A stretch of DNA of 64,000 bases from Candidatus Marinacidobacterales bacterium (GTDB lineage Bacteria > Acidobacteriota > Vicinamibacteria > Marinacidobacterales > DATDRI01): assembly GCA_965219415.1 (NCBI GenBank), contig CBDCNP010000002.1:1312001-1376000 (forward strand), written 5' to 3'. The position numbers and the translations under genes are program-made. The notes under the pieces were generated by a model. That model did not search any database and was not told the DNA's origin. It saw only the letters and a list, made by a program, of their open reading frames with translations. Shown piece after piece: positions 20,983 to 30,404 of this stretch (positions are counted from its first letter, which is position 1; each line of letters starts with the position of its first letter).

Positions 20983-23481
20983 TCACCGAAGACTATTGGC
21001 GACGCCTTTCACGGTCTCCGCGAGCGACTCGAGTCGAGCCTTGTCGCGTTCCATCGCCTCGTTGCGATCACGCTCGAGCTCGGTTGCGAACGTGTCTAGC
21101 TCACCCGAAGTTCGACCGCCGTCTGCCGTGCCGCCGGCGAGGATCTGCTCGGCACGGTCGAGCGCTTCCGTCAACGCCTCTGCCCTTTCGGCCGTGATCG
21201 CGTGGCTTCGCCCAAGCTGGTCCAGGTACGCCCGCGCCACAACGGGGCTCGCCGGCCAGTCGATCCGCCGCTGCTGTTGCGCGTTGACGACGTCCGGGGC
21301 GACCAGTAACGCAGCGCCGAGCTCGTTCTGCGAGAGGTACTCACTCGGCAAGAGTCTCAGCACGTCGAGGCCGCGGGCGATCTCCGTACCGTAGATGAAG
21401 CCGTTGTACCAGTACGCCGACCAATGGCCCGCCATGATGAGCTTGTTGGCATCGACCGGGCCGCGGTCGAAGAACGCGATCTCAACCGGTCTCGAGGAAT
21501 CAGTGAAATCGAAGACGGAGACGCCGCCTTGATACCAGGCCTGAACCATGATGTCGCGCCCCGGGACGGGCACGAGAGATCCGTTGTGGGCCACGCAGTT
21601 CTCCTCTTCGGTCTGTGGGGCCGGCAACTTGAAGTAGCTTCGGAACTCCATTTTGCGATCGACGATGTCGAAAATCGCATTCGCTCCCCACTGCTTGGGA
21701 TCGGATGCTCGACAGCGGGGACGCATCCCCCCGCCCCATTCGTCCGTGAAAATCACTTTGGTACCGTCGTTATTGAACGTGGCGGAGTGCCAATAGGCGA
21801 AGCTCGGGTCGACCACTTGGTCGAGCCGGACCGGATTCACCGGATCGGAGATATCGAGGAGGATGCCGTTTCCAGAGCACGCCCCCGCTGCCAAGCCCAT
21901 CTCAGGAAACACGGTGATGTCGTGGCACTGGTTGGTCTCGGAAGTCTTCTGCGTGCCCGGCCCATGGTCGCCTCCCTTCCACAAACCGGCGATCACGCCA
22001 GAATTGGGATCCGCAAAGATGCGCGGGCGGCCTACGATCCGCGCCTCCTCCGGTTTCGCCAATGGAATTTGGATGACGTCGATGCTGAATAGAGCGGTGT
22101 TCTCATCCGCGCCCGGACCCGCGTCCGAGCACCCCGCGAGCTCTTCTCCAGAGCGCACCGAGCCCGTGCCGGAACCAAAGACATAGACGTTGCCCTCGTC
22201 ATCGGGGTCGGTCACCACGGTGTGCGTGTGCGAGCCTCGGCACGTTTGGACTGCGGCCACCTGCTTCGGGATCCGCACGTCGCTGATATCGAAGATCCGG
22301 ATCCCACGGAAACGCGCGTCGCTCACCGGCTCCGCCACTCCCTGAAGACCACAGTCGAGCCGGCCCCTTGTCTGCTCCACCGACATCATTAGCAAGTTGC
22401 CGATGATGGACACATCGCCCTGACCACCCGGGCACACCACGGAGCCAAGAAGCCGTGGCACCATCGGATCCTCGACGTTGTACGTATTGAAACCGTGGAA
22501 ATTACCCTCGAACACAACGTCTCCAGCGAAAGCGAGGTCCGAGTTCGCGAAGTTCAAGAGTCCGGCCCTTGGCGATGGCGGAGAGGGTCCATTCTCCTCT
22601 GCCTCGTCGTCCGTCTCGCCCTCTTTCTCTTCACCCTCCTCCTTCGACTCAGCGAGCGCTTCAGGCTCTTCTTCCGCAGCATCGCGCTCGGGCGGCACGG
22701 GTAGACCCACTGGCGCGTGGGGATCGAAGAAGCCCTCCGGTTTCGGAAGCGTTGCCACCAGCTCCAGGTTGAGCGCCGCTTCACCGGCATCACGAAAGCC
22801 GGCCTTGAGATGGACTCGAGGATCCGAGGAGAGCTCCGCGAGCATGCCCCCCATGCGATCGATCTCCATGCTCTGGTCGGCGATGATGTCGGAAGTGAAC
22901 CCGTAGATGGCCGAATCCTGTGCCGCGCCCTGGTGGGCGAGGAGGTTCTCGACCATGATCAAAGCGCCCTGGTGATGCATGATCATGAGCTCGAGGAACA
23001 GCCGGTCGAATTCAATCGCTCGAGACTGCTCGAGACTGCCCATCTCCTCGGCGGTCAGCATACCCGGCATCAGGACAGCATCATGGGCGTGATGAGCGTT
23101 CACGGCGGTGACCTCCTGGCTGTGTGAACGAAGCCATTCCTGCATCATCTTAATCTCGTCCTCTTGAGAGAGCTCGATGCGTTTCGCGAGCGTGTGTATG
23201 ACCTCACGCTCACTCCGCGACGCGAGGAGCTCGGTCATCTCGAGCGCCTGGGCGTGGTGGGAGATCATCCCTTGCATAAACTTCACGTCGGCCTCGGTAA
23301 ACCGGATGCCAGCGAGATTCGAGGCTTCCTCCGCGGAGATCGTCCGACTGGACTCGCCTGGAGCGCCCGGCTGGACGATTAGGGGCTCGTTCTGGCCCTT
23401 CGCCGTGCCGAACGATAGAAACGTCGCTATGAAGATGATAGTCGCGGCAAACAGCCGGAACCTAGGTTTCTCTCGACTCAT
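20983..23481 (-). CDS. Secreted DUF305 + LVIVD-repeat protein
   Basis: FMQGMISHHAQA and MIMHHQGA (DUF305); CPGGQGDVS, CRGSHTHT, CHDITV, ENCVAHNG (LVIVD propeller). Confidence 0.85.
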   Translation of the reverse strand: MSREKPRFRLFAATIIFIATFLSFGTAKGQNEPLIVQPGAPGESSRTISAEEASNLAGIRFTEADVKFMQGMISHHAQALEMTELLASRSEREVIHTLAKRIELSQEDEIKMMQEWLRSHSQEVTAVNAHHAHDAVLMPGMLTAEEMGSLEQSRAIEFDRLFLELMIMHHQGALIMVENLLAHQGAAQDSAIYGFTSDIIADQSMEIDRMGGMLAELSSDPRVHLKAGFRDAGEAALNLELVATLPKPEGFFDPHAPVGLPVPPERDAAEEEPEALAESKEEGEEKEGETDDEAEENGPSPPSPRAGLLNFANSDLAFAGDVVFEGNFHGFNTYNVEDPMVPRLLGSVVCPGGQGDVSIIGNLLMMSVEQTRGRLDCGLQGVAEPVSDARFRGIRIFDISDVRIPKQVAAVQTCRGSHTHTVVTDPDDEGNVYVFGSGTGSVRSGEELAGCSDAGPGADENTALFSIDVIQIPLAKPEEARIVGRPRIFADPNSGVIAGLWKGGDHGPGTQKTSETNQCHDITVFPEMGLAAGACSGNGILLDISDPVNPVRLDQVVDPSFAYWHSATFNNDGTKVIFTDEWGGGMRPRCRASDPKQWGANAIFDIVDRKMEFRSYFKLPAPQTEEENCVAHNGSLVPVPGRDIMVQAWYQGGVSVFDFTDSSRPVEIAFFDRGPVDANKLIMAGHWSAYWYNGFIYGTEIARGLDVLRLLPSEYLSQNELGAALLVAPDVVNAQQQRRIDWPASPVVARAYLDQLGRSHAITAERAEALTEALDRAEQILAGGTADGGRTSGELDTFATELERDRNEAMERDKARLESLAETVKGVANSLR

Positions 23482-23720
23482 TTAGTGGCCTCCACTCGAT
23501 TTGCTAGCCTATAGCGGCGGGTATTCTCTCACTAAACGGTCCTTTGGTGGTGGAAATTGCGCCGTCCCGATCCCGGAGGACGCGCTCGGAAGCCCACCAT
23601 TTGCACGCCGTCCCTATTTGCCCGCAGGTGGCACCCTCGCATTTTGGCGCCAGGACTCGCTCTCAACCCTCTGGCACGCCGATGACCGCTTCGCGTCCCC
23701 ATACTCGCTTTTATACATTG

Positions 23721-23729
23721 TGATAGTAT
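23721..23729 (+). promoter_or_regulatory. Extended -10 promoter element (TGnTAGTAT)
   Basis: TGATAGTAT in an AT-rich patch just upstream of the structured leader. Confidence 0.45.
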
Positions 23730-23739
23730 AGGGGGCACC

Positions 23740-23833
23740 AACCAGACTTAGTGGGGACCTCTCGTTCACACCCGGTCAATTCGGCCGGCACGATCCCGTC
23801 GCCTCCTCTGAGCCCAATCGAGGAGTGACAATG
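23740..23833 (+). ncRNA. Candidate cis-regulatory structured leader (riboswitch-like)
   Basis: Nested stems CAGA..GGGGAC/GTC..CCTCCTCTG, TCGT/ACGA and CCGGTC/GGCCGG; an alternative CTCCTC/GAGGAG hairpin covers the SD before ATG 23831. Confidence 0.45.
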
Positions 23834-23871
23834 TCTACGGGCCCCACTCTCCACGTCGGCGAACGCATCCG

Positions 23872-25032
23872 TTGCCGATCATAACCGTGCCCCCCCGGAA
23901 CGAAGCGGCGATGTCCGCGCAAACACGATCCAGCGGTGAACACCGGCGAGTCCCAACCGCAATCATCTATTGCGAAGCGAACTTCGGCGCCATCGACGGC
24001 AAGACCGCCAACGGGCTCGTCCGACGCTCGGAGATCTACAAGATCCTCTCGGTCATCGACAGCGAGAAGGCCGGCCTAGATGCCGGCGTGGTGCTCGACG
24101 AGGCGCCGGCCGGCATCCCCATCTGTCGCGACTTCGCCGACGCGCTCGCGCACGCCGGAGATGTACCCGACTACTTCATCCTCGGGTTGGCGCCGGCGAG
24201 TGGCATGTTGTCAACGTACGAGCGCGGCATCGTCCTCGAAGCTTTGGGTCTCGGGATGAACGTTGTGAACGGCCTCCATGAGTTCTTGAACGACGACCCG
24301 GAGTTCGTAGCGGCGAGCGCAGCGAGTAACACAGAGATCCTCGACGTCCGAAGACCCCGTGCCAAGAAGAACCTGCGGTCGTTCAGCGATCGCATCACCC
24401 AGGTCACCTGCCCGCGAATCGCCGTGCTCGGCACCGACTGCGCCATCGGCAAACGCACCACCGCTAACATCCTGACCTGCGCCCTCAACGATCGCGGCGT
24501 GAAAGCGGTCATCGTCTACACCGGCCAGACCGGCTTGATGCAAGGAGCCCGCTACGGCGTTGCGCTCGATGCCGTGCCGTCGCAGTTTTGCTCGGGTGAG
24601 TTGGAAGCCACCATCCTCGAAGCGTTCGAAGCCGAGAAACCCGACGTGATCATCATTGAAGGCCAAGGCGCACTGAGTCACCCCGCCTACTCGACCTCGT
24701 CCTTGGTGCTCCGAGGCAGCCGCCCCGACGCCGTCGTGCTGCAGCACGCACCGGAACGGGCCCATCGCTGCGACTTCGAACAGATGGTGATGCCGACGGC
24801 GGCCACCGAGATCAACCTCATCCAGACCTTCTCCGACACGAAGGTCATCGGCCTCACAATCAACCACGAGAACATGACCGAGGCGGAGGTCGACGCGGCC
24901 ATCACGCTGTATGAGCGCAAACTCGGCATCCCCGCCACCGATGCGCTGACCCGCTCACCCGAGCGCCTGGTGGAGATGGTCCTTGCGGCGTTCCCGGAGC
25001 TCGAGGAGAAACTGAGCGACAGCGCACGGTGA
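23872..25032 (+). CDS. DUF1611 domain protein (DgcN-like)
   Basis: DGKTANGLVR, NGLHEFL, GTDCAIGKRTT, TGQTG, EGQGALSHP; start uncertain (ATG 23831 is out of frame; ATG 23911 is in frame). Confidence 0.85.
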   Translation: MPIITVPPRNEAAMSAQTRSSGEHRRVPTAIIYCEANFGAIDGKTANGLVRRSEIYKILSVIDSEKAGLDAGVVLDEAPAGIPICRDFADALAHAGDVPDYFILGLAPASGMLSTYERGIVLEALGLGMNVVNGLHEFLNDDPEFVAASAASNTEILDVRRPRAKKNLRSFSDRITQVTCPRIAVLGTDCAIGKRTTANILTCALNDRGVKAVIVYTGQTGLMQGARYGVALDAVPSQFCSGELEATILEAFEAEKPDVIIIEGQGALSHPAYSTSSLVLRGSRPDAVVLQHAPERAHRCDFEQMVMPTAATEINLIQTFSDTKVIGLTINHENMTEAEVDAAITLYERKLGIPATDALTRSPERLVEMVLAAFPELEEKLSDSAR

Positions 25033-26111
25033 CCGCGCCGCGACTGGAGATCGACCTCGACAAGATCCACCACAACGCCCGAACACTGGTCGAATTGTTG
25101 GCCCAGCGTGGTATCTCGGTCACAGGCGTCACGAAGGCGATCCTCGGCTCACCCGAGATCGCCGGCGCCTTGCTCCGGGCGGGCGTGAGTGCGCTCGGCG
25201 ACTCACGCATCGAGAACATCGAAGCGATGCGTCATGCGTGCGTACCGGCGTCGATGACACTCATCCGCTCGCCGATGCTCAGCCAGGCGGAACAGGTCGT
25301 AACGCACGCCGACGTGAGCTTCAATACCGAGCTCGATGTCATCAGCAAGCTCTCGTCCGCCGCGCAGGCTGCGAGGCGGACGCATGGGATCGTGCTCATG
25401 GTCGAGCTTGGAGACCTCCGTGAAGGCATCATGCCCGGCGACCTCGAGAAAACCGTGCGCGAGACGCTTCGCTTCCCGAACATCGCGCTCAAAGGCATCG
25501 GCGCCAACCTCGCCTGCCAGAGCGGAGTGTCGCCCGACCCCAAGAATATGGCCGAGCTCTCTGCGCTGGCCGATTCGACCGACGCGACCTTCGGCCCGAC
25601 GCTCGGCATCGTCTCCGGGGGCAACTCCGGTAACCTCCAGTGGGCGCTCAGCGGCGCAGACACCGGGCGGATCAACAATCTCCGCTTGGGTGAATCGCTC
25701 TTGCTCGGACGCGAGCCACTCCATCGTCAACCGATCGACGGGCTGCGCACCGACGCTATCCAGCTCATCGCCGAAGTGATCGAGTCGAAGGTCAAACCAT
25801 CACAGCCTTGGGGCGAGATCGCACAAACCGCGTTTGGGGAGAAGCCACCCGCCACCGATCGGGGCCTCGTCTCGCAGACGATCCTCGCCGTTGGACGCCA
25901 GGACATTGATCCGTGCGGCCTCCGCCCGCCTCCCGGAATCGAGATTCTTGGGGCCAGCAGCGACCACCTCATCGCGGACTCCAGCCGATGCCCCCTGTCC
26001 GTCGGCGCCGAGGTCACGTTTCAACTCAACTACAGCGCGCTCGTCCGCGCTATGACCTCGCCCTTCGTCGCCAAGGTCGTGAAGGTCCAGAGCGGGCCCG
26101 TCCCCGTCTGA
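25029..26111 (+). CDS. Alanine/ornithine racemase-family PLP-dependent enzyme (fold type III)
   Basis: PRLEIDLDKI, GVTK (PLP Lys), ELGDLREG, SGGNS, LRLGE, GASSDH; GTGA overlap with the upstream gene. Confidence 0.87.
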   Translation: MTAPRLEIDLDKIHHNARTLVELLAQRGISVTGVTKAILGSPEIAGALLRAGVSALGDSRIENIEAMRHACVPASMTLIRSPMLSQAEQVVTHADVSFNTELDVISKLSSAAQAARRTHGIVLMVELGDLREGIMPGDLEKTVRETLRFPNIALKGIGANLACQSGVSPDPKNMAELSALADSTDATFGPTLGIVSGGNSGNLQWALSGADTGRINNLRLGESLLLGREPLHRQPIDGLRTDAIQLIAEVIESKVKPSQPWGEIAQTAFGEKPPATDRGLVSQTILAVGRQDIDPCGLRPPPGIEILGASSDHLIADSSRCPLSVGAEVTFQLNYSALVRAMTSPFVAKVVKVQSGPVPV

Positions 26112-26152
26112 CGGACGAGCTACAGATTTTCGCGTCTTGGGGTTTGGGCCCC

Positions 26153-26196
26153 GCTGATTTTTTTGGGAGTCTCTATCGGGCGCGACTCCCAATCAG
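26153..26196. terminator. Inverted repeat between the convergent racemase and zwf genes; possible terminator
   Basis: TTGGGAGTC..GACTCCCAA stem preceded by a T run. Confidence 0.35.
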
Positions 26197-27635
26197 CAGC
26201 CCCGTAACCAACAGCGGCCGTCTTTAGCGAGAAGCTCATCCGCCTCGGTGGGCCCCCCGCTCCCGTGCTCGTACTTGGCGAGGGAAGGTTTTCCCGACTT
26301 CTCCCATTCCTGAAGGATTGGATCGATGAGTTTCCACGAGATCTCGATGGCGTCGCTCCTCGTGAACAGCGAAGCGTCGCCTTGTAACGCGTCGAGCAAC
26401 AAACGCTCGTAGGCTTCGGGAATGGAGTCTTTACCGAAGTCGTCGGCGTAGTGGAATTCCATGTCGACGGCCCGCATTTCTGCGACGGTGTCGGGTACCT
26501 TGGCTTCGAAACGCAAGTGCATGCCCTCGTCGGGTTGAATAAAGAGCGCCAGGTAGTTGGGGCGGATGGAAGAACCCGGCTCCATGTGAAACATGTTGTG
26601 CGGTGGCTGGCGAAACTGGATGATGATCTCCGAAGTCTTCGTGGTCAGCGCCTTGCCAGAACGTAGGTAAAACGGAACTCCCTGCCAGCGCCAATTGTCG
26701 ATGAAGAACCGCATCGCCGCGTATGTCGGGGTTTGAGACTCGGATGCGACTCCCTCGGCATCGCCGTAGCCGCGATATTGCGCGCGGACCGTTTCGTGGG
26801 CAACTTCGGCGCCTTGAACGGGACGGATCGCGGAGAGAACCTTGGCTTTTTCGTTCCGCACTTCGTCGGCGCGGAACGACGCCGGCGGTTCCATCGTCAC
26901 GAGCGTCAGCAACTGGAGCAGATGGTTCTGGAACATGTCTCGAACGACACCGGTTGCATCGTAAAAGGCTGCCCGGTGCTCCACATCCACGCTCTCGGCG
27001 ACCGTCAGCTGGACATGATCGACGTAGTTTCGGTTCCAGATCGGCTCGAAAACCGTGTTCGCGAAGCGAAAGAAAAGTATGTTCTGGGAAGTTTCTTTAC
27101 CTAGATAGTGGTCGATGCGGAAGATTTGGTGCTCTTCGAAAACGGCGTGAAGCGCGCGGTTGAGTGACTGGGCGGAAGCGAGATCGTGACCGAACGGCTT
27201 TTCCACGATGATGCGGCGCCATCCTTGTTCTTCGCGAGCCATACCGGATGAGCCCAATTGATCCACCAACGGCTCGTAGAACTGCGGGGCGATCGACAGA
27301 TAGTAGAGGCGATTGCAATGCTTGCTCTCCCCTTCGCGAAGAAACCCGTCCAATCCCGCCAGCGGCTCGTTGACGTTGCCGCGCACGTACCAGAGACTCG
27401 GAGAGAACTCGTTCCAGGCGGATTCATCGTACCCATCGGGCGTAAATTCCTTGACCGCCGCCTGCATGAGCTCCCTGAACTTCTCATGAGAGTAATCGCG
27501 CCGTGCGAAGCCCACGATGCGCAGGTTCTTCGGGAGACGTCCCTTGCGAAACTGGTTGTAGAGCGCCGGCACGAGCTTGCGTCGCGTCAGATCGCCCGAA
27601 GCACCAAAAATGACGATACTCGTCGATTCCGCCAT
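26193..27635 (-). CDS. zwf: Glucose-6-phosphate 1-dehydrogenase
   Basis: GASGDL, EKPFG, RIDHYLGKE, RWQGVPFYLRSGK, AYERLL. Confidence 0.97.
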   Translation of the reverse strand: MAESTSIVIFGASGDLTRRKLVPALYNQFRKGRLPKNLRIVGFARRDYSHEKFRELMQAAVKEFTPDGYDESAWNEFSPSLWYVRGNVNEPLAGLDGFLREGESKHCNRLYYLSIAPQFYEPLVDQLGSSGMAREEQGWRRIIVEKPFGHDLASAQSLNRALHAVFEEHQIFRIDHYLGKETSQNILFFRFANTVFEPIWNRNYVDHVQLTVAESVDVEHRAAFYDATGVVRDMFQNHLLQLLTLVTMEPPASFRADEVRNEKAKVLSAIRPVQGAEVAHETVRAQYRGYGDAEGVASESQTPTYAAMRFFIDNWRWQGVPFYLRSGKALTTKTSEIIIQFRQPPHNMFHMEPGSSIRPNYLALFIQPDEGMHLRFEAKVPDTVAEMRAVDMEFHYADDFGKDSIPEAYERLLLDALQGDASLFTRSDAIEISWKLIDPILQEWEKSGKPSLAKYEHGSGGPTEADELLAKDGRCWLRGC

Positions 27636-27649
27636 TCAGACTTCCTCTG

Positions 27650-28405
27650 TTAGCCCGGTGACAGATGCGCCTTGATACATTCCCTTAGGATCTCAGGTAG
27701 TTTGCTCGGCTCGTCCACGACGAACCGGCTATCCAGTATGTCGCGTTCCCTGAAAGCCTGTCGCGTAAATGGCGTGGTCACGGCGATGACGCCCATCCCC
27801 GCGGACTTAGCCGCTTGCACACCGGCGGGAGAATCCTCGATGACCAGGCATTCGCCGGGAAGAACCTGGAGCTCACGGGCTACTAAAAAATAGATCTCCG
27901 GATGCGGTTTAGGATGCTCGACGTCGTCCCGAGTGGCCACGAAGTCGAACTCTTTCGTGAGGTTCAAGACCCGGAGAACGCGTCGTACCTGTGCGCAATG
28001 GGACATAGTCGCCAGACCGGTGCGGCACTTGCTTTTCCGCGCATCATGGAGGAGATCCAAGTTGTGAGGCCATTGGTGGTCTACCAAGACCTGCGGATCG
28101 GCCAACAACTTGTCGTAGATTCGGAGGCGCACTTGAGCGAACGCCTGCCAGGGTGTGGTCACGCCGAACTCATTCATCAGAGAGCCGGCTGCTTTTTCTA
28201 ATTCGAATCGGTCGACCAAAAACTGGGACACCTCTTGTCGAGAGCTTCCGACGACCTCCTTGAAGGCCTCGATGACCTCTCCCTCATTGATGCTCCGGGG
28301 GCAGAGGTCGACGGCCGCTCGCGCGTAAGAGATCGCCTTGAGCTTCTCCGTTTGCACAAGCGTCCCATCAAGATCGAAAATAACCGCTTGATACATCCTG
28401 CTCAT
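27650..28405 (-). CDS. HAD-family phosphatase
   Basis: FDLDGTLV, KPHPEIY, IEDSPAG. Confidence 0.9.
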   Translation of the reverse strand: MSRMYQAVIFDLDGTLVQTEKLKAISYARAAVDLCPRSINEGEVIEAFKEVVGSSRQEVSQFLVDRFELEKAAGSLMNEFGVTTPWQAFAQVRLRIYDKLLADPQVLVDHQWPHNLDLLHDARKSKCRTGLATMSHCAQVRRVLRVLNLTKEFDFVATRDDVEHPKPHPEIYFLVARELQVLPGECLVIEDSPAGVQAAKSAGMGVIAVTTPFTRQAFRERDILDSRFVVDEPSKLPEILRECIKAHLSPG

Positions 28406-28458
28406 CGCTCGCTGAAGAGGCTAGCACAGGAGTGTCCCTGCTCAAAAGGAATATAGAT

Positions 28459-29856
28459 ATGGAGAATCCTGAAAACTACAAGGCGATCGTCATCGGTACT
28501 GGTCAAGCGGGAAAACCATTGGCCGGGAGCCTAGCGCGGGCGGGATGGAAAACCGCCATTATCGAGCGCGAAGACAAAGTGGGAGGCACCTGCGTCATTA
28601 AAGGCTGTACGCCTACTAAAACCATGGTCGCCAGTGCCCGGGTCGCCCACGTGGCCCGGCGGGCCGCCGATTACGGTGTTCGTGCCTCATCCGTGGCGGT
28701 TGATATGGTCCGCGTCCGCGAGCGCAAACGCGAGATCGTAGATCTGTTCAGCGGCGGCGGCCGTCGAGAACTCGAAAAACTGGAGCATCTGGATCTCGTT
28801 TTCGGCCACGCGCGCTTCACCGGTCCAAAGGAGATCGAAGTCGCCCCCCCAGATGGAAGCCTCCGGCGACTCACGGCGGAGAAGATCTTCATCAATACTG
28901 GCCTTCGCCCGCTGATCCCAGATATTCCCGGGTTGAAGGACCTCCCCTATCTCGACTCCACGTCGATCATGGAATTGGATTCCGTGCCCGAGCATTTACT
29001 CGTCCTAGGGGCCGGTTATATCGCTCTCGAATTCGGGCAGATGTTCCGCCGCTTCGGAAGCAAGGTGACGATCCTCCAACGGTCCGAGCGGCTACTCTCG
29101 CGTGAGGACCCCGACGTCGCGCAGGAGATCGCGAGCATTCTAGAAGATGAGGGTATTGACGTTAGGCTGAAAACCACGGCAACACGATTCGAACGAGACG
29201 GCGAGGGTCACATCGTCGCAACGGTGGAAAGCGCACAAAGACAGGAGACCGTTCGCGCGACCCAGCTGCTGGTCGCGGTGGGACGCGCCTCCAACGCCGA
29301 CCGTCTGAGCCTCGAGGCGGCGGGGATCCGGGTCGACGAGCGGGGCTATATCTCGGTCAACGAGCGCTTGGAGACCAACGTGCCGGGAGTGTACTGCCTG
29401 GGCGACGCCAACGGAGGTCCGGCGTTCACACATATCTCCTACGACGACTATCGCATCATTCGGGACAATCTTCTCGAAGAGGCCGACGCAACCACCAAAG
29501 GCCGATTCGTGCCCTATACCGTCTTCATCGACCCGGAGTTGGGTCGCGTCGGGCTGACCGAGGAACAAGCCAAATCCCAAGGGATCAACGTACGAGTGGC
29601 GAAACTCCCGATGACTCGAGTTGCGCGGGCGCTCGAATCCGACGAGACCCGTGGATTCATGAAGGCTCTGGTGGATCCGGAGAGCCGACAAATACTGGGA
29701 TGCGCGATCCTAGGCGTTCACGGTGGCGAGGTCATGTCGGTCTTGCAGGTGGCGATGATGGGAAAGCTGCCGTACACAGCTATTAAGGAAGGCACCTTCG
29801 CCCACCCGACGTTAGCCGAATCTCTCAACAACCTCTTTATGACTCTAGACGGTTAG
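28459..29856 (+). CDS. Class I pyridine nucleotide-disulfide oxidoreductase (MerA/RclA-like, no C-terminal Cys pair)
   Basis: GTGQAG, GGTCVIKGCTPTK, GAGYIALE, GDANGG, HPTLAE. Confidence 0.88.
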   Translation: MENPENYKAIVIGTGQAGKPLAGSLARAGWKTAIIEREDKVGGTCVIKGCTPTKTMVASARVAHVARRAADYGVRASSVAVDMVRVRERKREIVDLFSGGGRRELEKLEHLDLVFGHARFTGPKEIEVAPPDGSLRRLTAEKIFINTGLRPLIPDIPGLKDLPYLDSTSIMELDSVPEHLLVLGAGYIALEFGQMFRRFGSKVTILQRSERLLSREDPDVAQEIASILEDEGIDVRLKTTATRFERDGEGHIVATVESAQRQETVRATQLLVAVGRASNADRLSLEAAGIRVDERGYISVNERLETNVPGVYCLGDANGGPAFTHISYDDYRIIRDNLLEEADATTKGRFVPYTVFIDPELGRVGLTEEQAKSQGINVRVAKLPMTRVARALESDETRGFMKALVDPESRQILGCAILGVHGGEVMSVLQVAMMGKLPYTAIKEGTFAHPTLAESLNNLFMTLDG

Positions 29857-29859
29857 TGC

Positions 29860-30404
29860 CTAACGGCTCCACCACCAACTCGGCGGGCGCCGTGTGCCAC
29901 CACCCAGGATCGAGTCGAGCCACAGCATGGGCCTTCTCAGGAACGAGCCCATCAGCCGGAAGCGCAATCGGTTCACCCAACGCGGGTAGTCCCGATTGTA
30001 AGGACAGACCCTCAAGCAAATGGAGCAATCGGTGACCTGCTTCACCCAAAAACTGAAACACTTCTCCGCGTCGGTCGTCCATTTCTTGACGCCCCGTATG
30101 TTGGATCGGTTGTAGATCCGCTCCGACGGGTCGTCGCTTGTAATCGCCTGAGGCGGACACTCGCTGCTGCATCGACGGCACACGTTGCAAAATTCCTCAA
30201 CCCCGAACCTTCTCGGCTTGTCGTGAGCCAGCGGCAGATCGGTAAACACCTTGCCGATTCGGAGGCGCGGGATCGGCTGAAGATGTCCTCTTTTTGACTA
30301 AATCGCCGGAATTCCTCTGTCACCTCGAACCGCGCCTCCTCGTCCGTGGTACAGGCCGGCCGGCACGTGACGCACTCCGCCTGATGCGCCTGACGCTTGG
30401 TCAT
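29860..30404 (-). pseudogene. Reductive dehalogenase (RdhA)-like gene with a large internal deletion
   Basis: N-terminal FRRFSQKEDIFSRS is joined out of frame directly to PRLRIGKVFTDLPL..FCNVCRRCSSECP..KC..DCSICLRVCPYN. Confidence 0.7.

Noticed and set aside
28459-29856. Call as true mercuric reductase merA
   Set aside because: No C-terminal Cys-Cys pair, no NmerA domain and no mer operon
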